This document shows, piece by piece, positions 47,708-57,560 of a DNA stretch of 64,000 bases; the first letter of the stretch is position 1, and every line of letters starts with the position of its first letter. The notes beneath the pieces were generated by a model. The model ran no database searches. It saw only the letters and a list, made by a program, of their open reading frames with translations, and was not told where the DNA came from. Location of the stretch: contig CAZLRV010000001.1 in assembly GCA_964562175.1 (NCBI GenBank), forward strand, positions 50,181-114,180, given 5' to 3'. The translations under genes and the position numbers were made by a program. The DNA is from an uncultured Lachnospiraceae bacterium (lineage in GTDB: Bacteria > Bacillota > Clostridia > Oscillospirales > CAG-272).

Positions 47708-48987
47708 TTCTTCGCTTCCTCTCCGTTTATCGTATTGAAAATACTTTGCCGATTTACTTCGGCATTGTGATTTTTTTCCGCCAGCTCAATTGCGTTTTCG
47801 ACCGTTTTTTTACGCAAGGCTTCATCGGATATAAGCCGATACAATTTTTTGTCTATATCGCATTCGTCGTCAATTACGTAAGCGGCATTATTGTCGGCAA
47901 GATACTTAACGGACGCAGTGCTTCTCGGGCCGAATGCTATTATGCACGCACCGGATGCAAGAGCATCGGCTATCTTTGTTGACACGGAATATCTTGTACG
48001 CACAATGTGGTTTTCGTCAAACGATTCCGTATGCACCGTATACATGGAGTCGGACAACAAATCGTCAACTTCCTCCCGTGTGACCCGACCGCGGAATTCT
48101 ATTCCGTTTTCCTGCGTAAGTCCGTCTAAATACTCGTGTCTTTCCTCGCCCGAATAGACAAATATTCGATCGAGATCCGGTACATTGAGTTTTTTCAACG
48201 CTCTGCCCAATTTTATAAGCTGAGAAGCTCGTCCAAGCTCAAGATTGCCGGCATAAATTATTCTTCGAGCTCGTTCGCTTAACGGAATACGGGCATTTTT
48301 TTGTGTCGACGAGCCGGTGTATATGACCTTTCCCTGTTTTGAAAAAAGCTCGCCGTAGGCTTTTGCCATTTCCTCACATATGCAAAAATAGTCGGATGAG
48401 TACTTAAATGCCGCAGTGCCACTTTTCATCAAGTGCTTGAAATTGTATTTTCCGAGTAAGCCTCTCTTATCGAATGAGCCTAAATAAAAATCATCGCACG
48501 CATACAAATACAAGGGGATTCCTCTGTCCTTGCAAATACTCATTGCAACCTCGTACGAAAACGAGTAATCCCCCGATGCAAAGAAGACTGCTTGAGGTGA
48601 AAATTCGTCAAGCCACTCGGAAAGCTGCTTGCTTCTCCAAGCCCCAAGCCTCCACATAGTATTTCTCACAAAATAAACCGACTGTGTCCTTTTTTTGCCG
48701 TGATTTATTACGGCTTTTTTTATTTCCGAGCGTTGTGTGCCGGACTCATACCTTTGATGGATCTCGGTGCCGCATTTTCTTTTACCGAGCAATGCTTTTG
48801 CCACGTCAAAATCGGTAATTCTGAAATATCTTTTGCAAAATTCCGCATCCGGAAGCTCGTCCGTAAAATAAAGCTGGGCAATTTTGTCGCTTGGATAAGT
48901 ACAAAACATACCGCTGAGAGTTTTGCCCATGTTGTTCACTTCCCCGAACGGATTATGTGATATCACAAGAAGACGTAACGCATTCAT
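47704..48987 (-). CDS. GT-B-fold glycosyltransferase (GT4-like)
   Basis: IIYAGNL, VHTESF, YSVSTKIADALASG. Confidence 0.8.
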   Translation of the reverse strand: MNALRLLVISHNPFGEVNNMGKTLSGMFCTYPSDKIAQLYFTDELPDAEFCKRYFRITDFDVAKALLGKRKCGTEIHQRYESGTQRSEIKKAVINHGKKRTQSVYFVRNTMWRLGAWRSKQLSEWLDEFSPQAVFFASGDYSFSYEVAMSICKDRGIPLYLYACDDFYLGSFDKRGLLGKYNFKHLMKSGTAAFKYSSDYFCICEEMAKAYGELFSKQGKVIYTGSSTQKNARIPLSERARRIIYAGNLELGRASQLIKLGRALKKLNVPDLDRIFVYSGEERHEYLDGLTQENGIEFRGRVTREEVDDLLSDSMYTVHTESFDENHIVRTRYSVSTKIADALASGACIIAFGPRSTASVKYLADNNAAYVIDDECDIDKKLYRLISDEALRKKTVENAIELAEKNHNAEVNRQSIFNTINGEEAKK

Positions 48988-49007
48988 CCCCGCAAACCTC
49001 CGTAAGC

Positions 49008-49901
49008 TTATCTTTCCGATATTATTTTAAAGCATTGCATCGGAGATACAAAAAACGCACAGACAGCTTGAGCGAAGGCTCTGATATACTTTCCGTCTCT
49101 GAAATATGCGTATGCCAATACCGCATGATGACGTACTTTTATGTATCTTATCGTTCCGCCGTCCATATTTTCAAAGAACCGCTTTTTGTATTCGTAGAGC
49201 CTGTTCTCTCCCTTGATTTTTTCCGCCCCGCTCGAAAGACTCTCTTCACCGACGTGCACCACGGCACGAACATCACAACGCTTGAGATATCCGAAGCTGC
49301 CGCCCCCCTCTATCGCCCGTTGCATCAAATAGAACTCGTCCCCGACATCTATCGGAGCAAAACAGCCTATTTTCATAATATAATCTCGCTTGAACATCAT
49401 AGTATCCGTGCCGGTCATATGATATTTCAAGTGATAATTAAGCAATGCTTCCTTTGAAGTATCCTCTATATATTTTCTTGTTCTTATATCAACGGTTTTT
49501 CCGTTTTTGTCAATAAGCTCAAGATCGGTTATCGAATAATCAAAGCCGCCGTCTCTCATAAAACGTACTTGTTGCTCCGCTTTTTGTTTCAAATACACAT
49601 CATCGTCATCAAGAAATGTTATATATTCGCCGCATGCGGCTTTGATACCCACGTTACGAGCTTGTGCCGAGCCTAAGTTGTTTTCGTTTTCAATATATAT
49701 AAGAGAGATCGACGGTGAGTTGCGTTTGAATTCCTTGACCGCCTCTGCCGCTTTTTCTTTCCACTCGATGTCATCATTGTCGTTTACGACTATTATTTCC
49801 ATTTCCGCAATGCTCTGCTCTTTAAGAGAAGCCAGAGCTTGCTTTAATTCTTTATCCCTGCGATAGGTTGCTACTATAACGCTGACTTCGGCTCTGCTCA
49901 T
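49008..49901 (-). CDS. GT2 glycosyltransferase
   Basis: VSVIVATYRR, ARNVGI, FLDDDD; start at MSRAE overlapping the upstream stop. Confidence 0.9.
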   Translation of the reverse strand: MSRAEVSVIVATYRRDKELKQALASLKEQSIAEMEIIVVNDNDDIEWKEKAAEAVKEFKRNSPSISLIYIENENNLGSAQARNVGIKAACGEYITFLDDDDVYLKQKAEQQVRFMRDGGFDYSITDLELIDKNGKTVDIRTRKYIEDTSKEALLNYHLKYHMTGTDTMMFKRDYIMKIGCFAPIDVGDEFYLMQRAIEGGGSFGYLKRCDVRAVVHVGEESLSSGAEKIKGENRLYEYKKRFFENMDGGTIRYIKVRHHAVLAYAYFRDGKYIRAFAQAVCAFFVSPMQCFKIISER

Positions 49902-50539
49902 TTTAGTATTTCCCGATCTGATTTTTGCTCGCCCGATTTTCCCGTGCCGCCTTCGACTACGCCTTCGTGCTTGAGGACGCTTCCGACGGTTTTGAAGAGG
50001 CATTTCAGGTCTGTTTTAAAGCCGTGGTTTGCGTTCAGGGCTGTTGCGTATTCGCCGTCGAGCTTTGCCTTAACGGGTATTTCAAGCTCATCCCGTCCGT
50101 TTATTTGTGCCAAGCCCGTCAGTCCCGGCCTTATGTCGTTTGCTCCGTATTTATCGCGTTCGGCTATAAGGTCGTATTGGTTCCACAGAGCGGGGCGGGG
50201 TCCGACAAGCGACATTTTACCGATAAAAATGCAAAACAGTTGCGGCAACTCGTCAATAGAACTTTTTCTCAAAAATCTTTGAAAGCCCGACAGCATGGAC
50301 TCGGCGTCCTCTAACTGATGTGTCGGCACATCTCCCGGAGCGGTGGTCGGCATTGAACGAAATTTCAATATGGTAAACGTTTTTTTATGTATACCTATTC
50401 TTTTCTGCTTGAATATGACCGGGCCGGGCGAATCGATTTTTATTATTACGGCAACTATAAGCATCGGCAGTGCCGCAATTACTATTCCGAGAAAAGACAA
50501 TACGATATCCGCCAAGCGTTTGAAAAAGCATTTATACAT
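49898..50539 (-). CDS. Priming sugar phosphotransferase (Bac_transf family)
   Basis: KRLADI, KFRSM, LRKSSIDELPQL, MSLVGPRP, RPGLTGLAQ. Confidence 0.93.
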   Translation of the reverse strand: MYKCFFKRLADIVLSFLGIVIAALPMLIVAVIIKIDSPGPVIFKQKRIGIHKKTFTILKFRSMPTTAPGDVPTHQLEDAESMLSGFQRFLRKSSIDELPQLFCIFIGKMSLVGPRPALWNQYDLIAERDKYGANDIRPGLTGLAQINGRDELEIPVKAKLDGEYATALNANHGFKTDLKCLFKTVGSVLKHEGVVEGGTGKSGEQKSDREILK

Positions 50540-50636
50540 TTAAGTTTCTCCCAAAACATAATACGCCGTTTATGCCGTGCCGTCGGGGTATCGGCGTATT
50601 TAAGTTATCTACAGATAATTATATTTATTCAGATAC

Positions 50637-50665
50637 ATTATAACTCATTATTCCCGACTTGTCAA
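50637..50665 (-). promoter_or_regulatory. Consensus SigA promoter for the priming transferase-to-wzx operon
   Basis: TTGACA-N17-TATAAT. Confidence 0.8.
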
Positions 50666-50710
50666 GACCTTATATGCTTTTTTTCTTATTCATACGATAT
50701 TTTTTTCAAC

Positions 50711-50768
50711 AAAAAAGCTACCGAGCGGCACATCCGACAATTCGGAGGTGTTACTCGATAGCATTTTT
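50711..50768 (-). terminator. Long imperfect hairpin terminator
   Basis: GCTATCGAGTAACACCTCCGA-loop-TCGGATGTGCCGCTCGGTAGC then TTTTTT on the minus strand. Confidence 0.65.
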
Positions 50769-50775
50769 ATTCTAT

Positions 50776-51948
50776 TTACAGTGTTTCCATTGCATAGATA
50801 CGGTACACTCCGTCATCCCCTTTTCGGAAATACACATTCATATCGACCAAATCGGGGTGATCCTCCAAATACTTTTTCACAAGTATATGGTTAAACTTAA
50901 CGTGACAGCGGAAGGTGGATTCATCGTAAGCGTAATACTCGCCGGTATACTCATCCTCAAATCTGTAGCCGTCATGCTCCCAAACGAACGAACCGGGATT
51001 TGCTCTTATTTGCTTATAAAGATCCGTTCCCTCTTCGAAATACTTTTTGCATTGCGAAAATTCCGCATCGTTTTGCATTCTTGCGGCGTAGAGCTTCATT
51101 CCCTCAAGCACATACTTTTCGTACTCCGCTTTAAGCGTTTCACTGTAATCTATATCGACGGTATATTCGTTCTTTTCCTCGTCGTACTTAAGCTCCGCTT
51201 CGTTGCCGTATCTGTCCTTTACGGTTACAGTCGGCTCTGCCATAAGCTCTTTTATCGAATATCTTGTATAGGTGAGCTTATATGTTCCCTCGGGAATATT
51301 CAATCTCTCGTCGTCCGTGATATCTTTTTCTGTTATATAGTCCTCTCCGATCTCACAGCCGTTGAGCAAAAGCGAATAATTAAACGGTATAAGAGCGTTC
51401 ACGCTATATTCGGGTGCGTAAAACAGTTCTATCTTGCCGAGTGAGTAACTGTATATTCCGAAATCGTCCGGATATTCGTTCTTCACTATGGTGAAATTTG
51501 CGAATTTCTTTTGGTCGGCTTTGACATTTATCTTTGTCTTGTCCGTTCCCGCAACGTAAACATATGTTATTTGCTTGCCCTCGGTCTTTTTCTTGAGCAG
51601 GTTTACGATATCTTCTTTTTTGTCATACTCGCCGAGCCTATACTCGGTCATCTCAAGCAGTGCATCGAAGTCGGGGTTGACAAAATACTCATTGAATATT
51701 CGCTCCACCTCGTACTTCGGCAGACTGTTTTCGTACGCCTCAAGATATTTCGTTACGTCCTTGTTGATAAATTGCATTGCAATTATCACGACAGCCGCTA
51801 TGACCGCAAGCACGGCGTAATAGATCACGGTGCCGAAGCTCATACGCTTCTTTTTTCTTCTTTTTTTTCTCTTTCCGGGGGCTTTTACCGCCGTCTTTTC
51901 GTCCTTGATCTTTTCTGTTTCTTCTGCTTTTTCTATTTCTTCATTCAT
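50776..51948 (-). CDS. Hypothetical membrane-anchored extracellular protein
   Basis: Basic cytoplasmic N-terminus, single TM segment, large acidic Tyr-rich soluble domain. Confidence 0.75.
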   Translation of the reverse strand: MNEEIEKAEETEKIKDEKTAVKAPGKRKKRRKKKRMSFGTVIYYAVLAVIAAVVIIAMQFINKDVTKYLEAYENSLPKYEVERIFNEYFVNPDFDALLEMTEYRLGEYDKKEDIVNLLKKKTEGKQITYVYVAGTDKTKINVKADQKKFANFTIVKNEYPDDFGIYSYSLGKIELFYAPEYSVNALIPFNYSLLLNGCEIGEDYITEKDITDDERLNIPEGTYKLTYTRYSIKELMAEPTVTVKDRYGNEAELKYDEEKNEYTVDIDYSETLKAEYEKYVLEGMKLYAARMQNDAEFSQCKKYFEEGTDLYKQIRANPGSFVWEHDGYRFEDEYTGEYYAYDESTFRCHVKFNHILVKKYLEDHPDLVDMNVYFRKGDDGVYRIYAMETL

Positions 51949-51949
51949 T

Positions 51950-53131
51950 TTAAGTCACATCCTTTACCATAAAAAATGTCGGCAAGCGTCTGGGGTATGT
52001 GAACGCCTTATAACGGTTTACAAGTCCCATTTTTTGGTACTCATCAAGCGTTGACGTATCTATATCGTATTTTTCGATATAATCTCTGTAATACATCATT
52101 GCCGAAGAGCCGCCGTCGAGCATTCCCGCCTTTATTGCTTTATTTTGAAGCATAAGCGTTATTATATCATCTCTCGTAGCGCCGAGCGAGCTTGTCGTTC
52201 GTCCGTCGGTAACGATAAATATTATCGCTCCGTCCTCTCTCTGTCCTATTGCGGTACGCTGGGCAACGCCTATATTACCGTTTCCCGAATACGTTACCGT
52301 TGAGCCGTCCACCGTATCGATAAGCACGTTTCCCGTTTGGAATGAAACTCCGTCACGCACGCCCAGCTCATCCGCTTCCGCTTTTGTCAAATTCTCCTTA
52401 ACAACGAGCTTGTCGTTTTTGTCTATTCCTATAAATGTACGCTTTAGTCCGTCGTTCCACACGCATTTGCCCTGCGAATAGGTAAGTCCCATGGGCTGAC
52501 CGCCCGAACCGGAGCCGCCCTTGTCGTAAAACTCGCCGCCGTTTATCGCCGCCGCGGCGTTTATCTGCTTTGCCCTTATATATATTCTCTCTCCGCGCGA
52601 TGCGGTGGCGTAATTATAGCCCGATGTTTCCGTGTAAACTCTCGACGGATCCTTGATTATCATAATATACGCCTTGAAGGTTCCGGTAGATTTCGTATAA
52701 CAGATTATACCGTCCTCGTTTCCTTCCCATTCATCAACGGATGAGGTGCCGCCTTGGGTATTGTTTTCGCCTTTGTTTTCGGAGTTGATATCTTCAAAAT
52801 CGACCTCTTCGACCGTCAGCACATTACTCTGATTTTTTATTTCTTCCACGGTCGCCTTATCCAAAAACAGCTCAGGCACCCATTTTGTCGCACTTGCCTG
52901 CGTTGCAGTCAAAACGAGCATATTTCTTATAGTTTCGCTCGGCCCGTCGGCAACCGTCTTGCAGACACTGCACAATGCATAGACGGCAAGTATCACAAGC
53001 AGCATTACAAGCACCATAAGCCTGAAGATGACCTTGAGAACACAACCGAGTATACGCTTCGTCCTGTTTGCCGAAATATTTTCGTTTACCTTTTTATATT
53101 GCTTCTGTGTATCGTTTTTCTTGAATTTCAT
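51950..53131 (-). CDS. Membrane-anchored phosphodiester glycosidase (NAGPA/EpsL-like)
   Basis: AAINGG, QRTAIGQREDG..VTDGR, MLDGGSS; N-terminal TM segment. Confidence 0.85.
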   Translation of the reverse strand: MKFKKNDTQKQYKKVNENISANRTKRILGCVLKVIFRLMVLVMLLVILAVYALCSVCKTVADGPSETIRNMLVLTATQASATKWVPELFLDKATVEEIKNQSNVLTVEEVDFEDINSENKGENNTQGGTSSVDEWEGNEDGIICYTKSTGTFKAYIMIIKDPSRVYTETSGYNYATASRGERIYIRAKQINAAAAINGGEFYDKGGSGSGGQPMGLTYSQGKCVWNDGLKRTFIGIDKNDKLVVKENLTKAEADELGVRDGVSFQTGNVLIDTVDGSTVTYSGNGNIGVAQRTAIGQREDGAIIFIVTDGRTTSSLGATRDDIITLMLQNKAIKAGMLDGGSSAMMYYRDYIEKYDIDTSTLDEYQKMGLVNRYKAFTYPRRLPTFFMVKDVT

Positions 53132-53556
53132 TTTTTCCTCAATATATACCTCACAACACCTGCCGCTCGGCTTTTTATATGACTTCTTCTCTGCTCGGCA
53201 AGCAAGTGCCCAACGTATCTTCCGTATTTTCTCCCGTCAAGCTCGACCTCCTTGCCGTCTCGCAAAAGCGAGGTCATCACGCCGAGTATCTGTTCTTCTT
53301 TAACGCCGTATTCGTATATCTTGTGATGGTCTCCGCACATCGTATATGAAGCCTTTTTGACCTGTACCACTCGGTGCAAGATATAGCTTCCGTCGGGGCG
53401 CTTATAAAGAGCCACATCTCGTTTTTTCAATCTGCCCATGTTTTTTTCGACTATCACTGTATCGGTATCGGGGCGTATCAGCGGAAGCATACTCGTACCC
53501 GTCGGCACGAAAACGTATGCACCGTTTTTTTCGATTATTTCCTCTATACTATCCAT
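53128..53556 (-). CDS. S24/S26-family peptidase (soluble)
   Basis: GTSMLP (catalytic Ser), YILHRV, GD motif; no TM segment. Confidence 0.85.
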   Translation of the reverse strand: MDSIEEIIEKNGAYVFVPTGTSMLPLIRPDTDTVIVEKNMGRLKKRDVALYKRPDGSYILHRVVQVKKASYTMCGDHHKIYEYGVKEEQILGVMTSLLRDGKEVELDGRKYGRYVGHLLAEQRRSHIKSRAAGVVRYILRKK

Positions 53557-53558
53557 AA

Positions 53559-54773
53559 TTACAAATTCATATCCGAAAACAGCTTGAGCCTTGCCCTCTG
53601 CCATTCGCCAAGCTCCCCGCCGCTTGCATCGGATCTAAGCTCACCTCCGACATACAGCTTTACGCCGTATACGAGCCAACAGAGCCAACCGAACGGCAAG
53701 AGCAATGCTTTTTCGGCAAAGGGAAATTTATCGGCTATTCTTTTTCTGTCGGGAAATATTGAGCTTATCATTTTCTTTCTTTGGTAGCGCTTCAAATACT
53801 CGGTATATCCCTCGACATCATCCGCACGTGTTGAGCCGTAGTATCTGAAAAGCTCCTCGCCGTCCTCACGTGCTTTGCCTATCCATCCGCCGCTCTCTAT
53901 ATCGTCCATAAACTCATCGGCTACCTCGTCCGATACTCGGTGAAAGCTCGGCAGATCAGACTCATCTGAGCCGAAGTATTTTACTCCGACGGTGTACACC
54001 GTATCCAAAATACCCGAAAAGCCGAGTGAGCTTATCGTTTCGTTATATCTTGCCATATCAATTTTATCTCGGCATTTCTCGGTATATATCAAAATGTCGA
54101 ATATCTGCCGCAGGCTCGTACCCGAGCGTATAAAATGCTGTATCATATGAAGTGTCAAAAATATCAAATGGTCCGTATATCCGAGGGTTTTATATTTAAG
54201 CTCACCGTCGCAGACCGTTACGGGCTCCTCACAAACAAGGCTCGCTTGGTCTATATCGTTAAAAAGCACCTTGCCGAGCATTTCGAAAAACAGCGATGTA
54301 TGCAGTTCAATTGTGCCCAATCGCTCCGAGCGGCACGTCGCATGGTGAGAATACGAGGTTCGGGGTACTACTTGGCAGTTGTTTTTTCTCATTATCTCGT
54401 ATGCCGCCGTCTCGTCGTCCTCTTTTATCAGCAGATCCGTGTCCGCACTGTCACGCAGCTCGGATATTGCGTAAAATCTTCCGACGGCACGTCCCTTTAT
54501 CACGAGCGTTTCAACGCCGCCGCTCTCAAGCTCGTTCAGCAGTGAGGTGAGATACACGTTTTTCGTCTGTTCGGTAAACAGCTTGCGTTTTATTTGCCGA
54601 CGTGCGTTCTCATTATCCTCTGACAGCACGAGCATTATAAGGCTCGATACGCCGTGAAACGACGAAAGCGAGAGCAAAGCCGAGCGTTGGCTCGGTGTCA
54701 GTGTCCGAGTGTATTCCGTACCGCGACAGGCGCAAACGAAAAGCTCCGTCAAGAGCTTGAAGTTATCGCTCAT
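53559..54773 (-). CDS. Uncharacterised nucleotidyltransferase (NTP_transf_5-like)
   Basis: VIKG...Y....R.SADTDLLI, IELH, HMIQHF..G.SLRQIFD; start moved to MSDNF. Confidence 0.85.
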   Translation of the reverse strand: MSDNFKLLTELFVCACRGTEYTRTLTPSQRSALLSLSSFHGVSSLIMLVLSEDNENARRQIKRKLFTEQTKNVYLTSLLNELESGGVETLVIKGRAVGRFYAISELRDSADTDLLIKEDDETAAYEIMRKNNCQVVPRTSYSHHATCRSERLGTIELHTSLFFEMLGKVLFNDIDQASLVCEEPVTVCDGELKYKTLGYTDHLIFLTLHMIQHFIRSGTSLRQIFDILIYTEKCRDKIDMARYNETISSLGFSGILDTVYTVGVKYFGSDESDLPSFHRVSDEVADEFMDDIESGGWIGKAREDGEELFRYYGSTRADDVEGYTEYLKRYQRKKMISSIFPDRKRIADKFPFAEKALLLPFGWLCWLVYGVKLYVGGELRSDASGGELGEWQRARLKLFSDMNL

Positions 54774-54795
54774 TCCCCGCCCTCTCCAGCATCGG

Positions 54796-55488
54796 TCATC
54801 TTCTTTTTGACCTGTAGTTTTTATTGTAGTATTTTCCGTAATAGTATCCGCTTCGTACCTTTTCGACCTGATTGAATACAACGCCGATTATATTCGCGTT
54901 TGCCTTTTCAAGCTGTTCGTATGAACGGCGGAAAAGCTTTTTGTCGACATAGCCCTGCTTTACAAGCATTATCGTCGCATCGGACTTTGCCGCAAACAAC
55001 GCACCGTCGATAAATGTACCCACGGGCGGTGTGTCGAATATTATTATATCGAACATTTCCTTCAGCTTCGTCACCATATTGTCAAATGCCTCCGAGGATA
55101 TTATCTCGACGGGGTTCGGCACTCTCGTTTCCGCATCCAGAAAATAGAGATTTTCGTGTGCGGTAACGGTAAGAGCTTCTTCAAGTGTCGTATTGCCCGA
55201 CAAATAATTTATAATACCGCCGCTTTTGGGGAGCTTCATTCTCTTACGCAAGGTCGTGTGACGCAGATCGCACTCGACAAGCAGTGTTTTTTTATGGTTT
55301 TCTGCCATTGCGATGGCAAGAAAGGTCGCCACCGTGCTTTTGCCCTCGTTAGGCACGGAGCTTGTCATGGTTATCGTCTTTATCGGGCGGCTTATTGAGG
55401 CAAACTGTATATTCGTTCTAAGGGTCTTTATAGAATCAAGCACGCCCTCGTCAAGCGTTTTGTAATCGCTCAGAATATTGAAATCCAT
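54796..55488 (-). CDS. cpsD: CpsD/CapB bacterial tyrosine kinase
   Basis: LRTNI, Walker A PNEGKST, DTPP, C-terminal Tyr cluster GYYYGKYY. Confidence 0.92.
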   Translation of the reverse strand: MDFNILSDYKTLDEGVLDSIKTLRTNIQFASISRPIKTITMTSSVPNEGKSTVATFLAIAMAENHKKTLLVECDLRHTTLRKRMKLPKSGGIINYLSGNTTLEEALTVTAHENLYFLDAETRVPNPVEIISSEAFDNMVTKLKEMFDIIIFDTPPVGTFIDGALFAAKSDATIMLVKQGYVDKKLFRRSYEQLEKANANIIGVVFNQVEKVRSGYYYGKYYNKNYRSKRR

Positions 55489-55499
55489 TTTTTGCCTCC

Positions 55500-56147
55500 T
55501 TATTTTTTCTTGCCCTTATTGAACTTGCCTATTTCGGCAAGAGTGGGCAGACCGTATTCCTTTTCGATATCCTCCGAATGTCTTATCGTATTGTTTGACA
55601 TTTCAAGCAGTAAGACGAATATTATTCCGAGCAAAAGTCCACCGCCTCCGGCGGTCAGTATGCTCTGTCTTCTCTCCGGTCCGGACGGAGATGAGGGCTT
55701 GGAGGCAGACTCAAGTATCGTTATATCCTCTCTGCCCATGGTATCCTTAAGATATTTTATTATGCACGAGGCGTAAGTATTTGCTACGTTTGCGGCTCTT
55801 GCGGGATTCTTCGATCTCGTGCTTATCGTCATCGTGTGAGCCTCCGTATTCATTGAAACACTCACCGAGCAATCACCGAAGCCGTAACCGAGTGCCTCGG
55901 TAACTATGGCACGCATCTCGCTGGTGGTCGAAAGCAGCTGGTAGTTCGGCATAAGTCTTTCGACTGCGGCTATTTCCGTAAGGTTTGTAGTTCCCTTATC
56001 TATTGTATACAGCACGGCGCTTGTCGAATATACGGGGGGCTGACGGGTATAGTTCATATACGAAACTATAGTGACGAGTACGACGGGGAAAATAACGATG
56101 ATCTTCATTCTCTTAATGATAATGGTAAGTATATCTCTTAAATTCAC
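55500..56147 (-). CDS. cpsC: CpsC/Wzz chain-length regulator
   Basis: NLRDILTII, two TM segments, PSSPSGP, IEKEYGLPTLAEI; adjacent to cpsD. Confidence 0.88.
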   Translation of the reverse strand: MNLRDILTIIIKRMKIIVIFPVVLVTIVSYMNYTRQPPVYSTSAVLYTIDKGTTNLTEIAAVERLMPNYQLLSTTSEMRAIVTEALGYGFGDCSVSVSMNTEAHTMTISTRSKNPARAANVANTYASCIIKYLKDTMGREDITILESASKPSSPSGPERRQSILTAGGGGLLLGIIFVLLLEMSNNTIRHSEDIEKEYGLPTLAEIGKFNKGKKK

Positions 56148-56163
56148 TGCTTCTCCCCCTCTC

Positions 56164-57465
56164 TCATATCATTTTGCGTTTTACGAACTCCGCCACAAGC
56201 ACGGCACCGACGGCGCATAAGCAGACCGTGCCGACGGCTATTATCCAATCGTTCTTCTTGTACTGCTCCTCCGCCTGCCTCTCGCCCTCGTCGAGGTCGA
56301 AAAGCACATAATCGACCGTCTTTATACTGCCGCCTATGGTTTTTATCTTATACGTTCTGAGCATAACGTCCATAAGCTCGTCGTTTTTGCATTTGAGCTT
56401 GCCGTCAATAAGTATCTGCCCAAGCTCCGCAGTTTCCGGCAAGAGCTCTTCGTTTACTTCTATATAACAATCCTCGTGCCTGTCACCCGCAAGGACACCG
56501 TATTTTGAGGGAAACAGCTTTGTCGATTTCGCATTTGACGGTATTTGAAGCGAAACATATACCGTCGAGCCGTCCTTAAGTGTATACGAAAGGTCATTTA
56601 CGAGGCTTTTCGCCACGCTTGCGAGATCGGCTTGATAATAATCCGAATATGCGTTTTTCTGAATTGCGGTTATATCCGACACATAATTGCTTAAATACTC
56701 CGCCGTATCGTAACCGCTCTCATATACGGCACCGTATATTTCACGTCCCGTAAGCGAGGATATCGTGAATATGCATACGAAGCCGTTGTCGTTAAGCTCC
56801 GATGCGACAAAAAATCCGATAAACTTATTATATTGCTTGCTGTTTTGGTCTATTGCCGAATATATCGTTTTTCTTGAAAACGACATTTCCTTATCCGAGG
56901 TCGTGTATGTGCTTGATTTAAGCATCGATTTTATATTCGTATATTCATAAGCCGCATCCGTGAGCAGAAGCAAGTCATTCAATGTGGTGTAGGCTCTGGC
57001 ATCCGACTTACCCGAATAATTGACGAAGGATGTATCGTTCATTCCGAGATCCTTTGCCGTTTCGTTCATCAGCTCAATGAACTCATCGCTTGAGGTGCAG
57101 ACGCTTAAAACGAGCTGTTCCATATCCGACTCACGCTCGTCGAGCAGCATTCCGGCAAGCAAAAGCTCGTATCTGTCCTCATCAAGCTCACCGAGGGCGG
57201 AGCTGTTCTGTTTTCTTTGCGTTTCCGTAATGTATGCCGTCATAAGATGGACAAAGCCCCCGCTTAGCGGTACTCTGTCCGTTGATTTTTTGGAATACAT
57301 TACCGAATCCGTGAGTCTGTCAACGCTCATTGCGCCGGTACACGATTTCGACGTGGTGGGGGCTGTCGCTTTGTTTGCCTGCGTGAGGTCAAACGCCGCA
57401 CCTGCCGTCGTAACGAACGACAGCATTATAAATACCGCCGTCAAAACAGATAAAATTCTCTTCAT
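56164..57465 (-). CDS. D-Ala-D-Ala carboxypeptidase (S11)-like protein with degenerate catalytic motifs
   Basis: FIELMNETAKDLGMNDTSFVN..G....TTLNDL is S11-like; signal peptide and C-terminal TM; no SxxK/SxN/KTG at the expected positions. Confidence 0.7.
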   Translation of the reverse strand: MKRILSVLTAVFIMLSFVTTAGAAFDLTQANKATAPTTSKSCTGAMSVDRLTDSVMYSKKSTDRVPLSGGFVHLMTAYITETQRKQNSSALGELDEDRYELLLAGMLLDERESDMEQLVLSVCTSSDEFIELMNETAKDLGMNDTSFVNYSGKSDARAYTTLNDLLLLTDAAYEYTNIKSMLKSSTYTTSDKEMSFSRKTIYSAIDQNSKQYNKFIGFFVASELNDNGFVCIFTISSLTGREIYGAVYESGYDTAEYLSNYVSDITAIQKNAYSDYYQADLASVAKSLVNDLSYTLKDGSTVYVSLQIPSNAKSTKLFPSKYGVLAGDRHEDCYIEVNEELLPETAELGQILIDGKLKCKNDELMDVMLRTYKIKTIGGSIKTVDYVLFDLDEGERQAEEQYKKNDWIIAVGTVCLCAVGAVLVAEFVKRKMI

Positions 57466-57560
57466 TATATTCTCCCGTTCCATATGGGCTTACTTTTGCG
57501 TAAACATAATATATAATATCATATGTTTATTGCTTTTTCAAGTATTTTGAAAGAAATACC

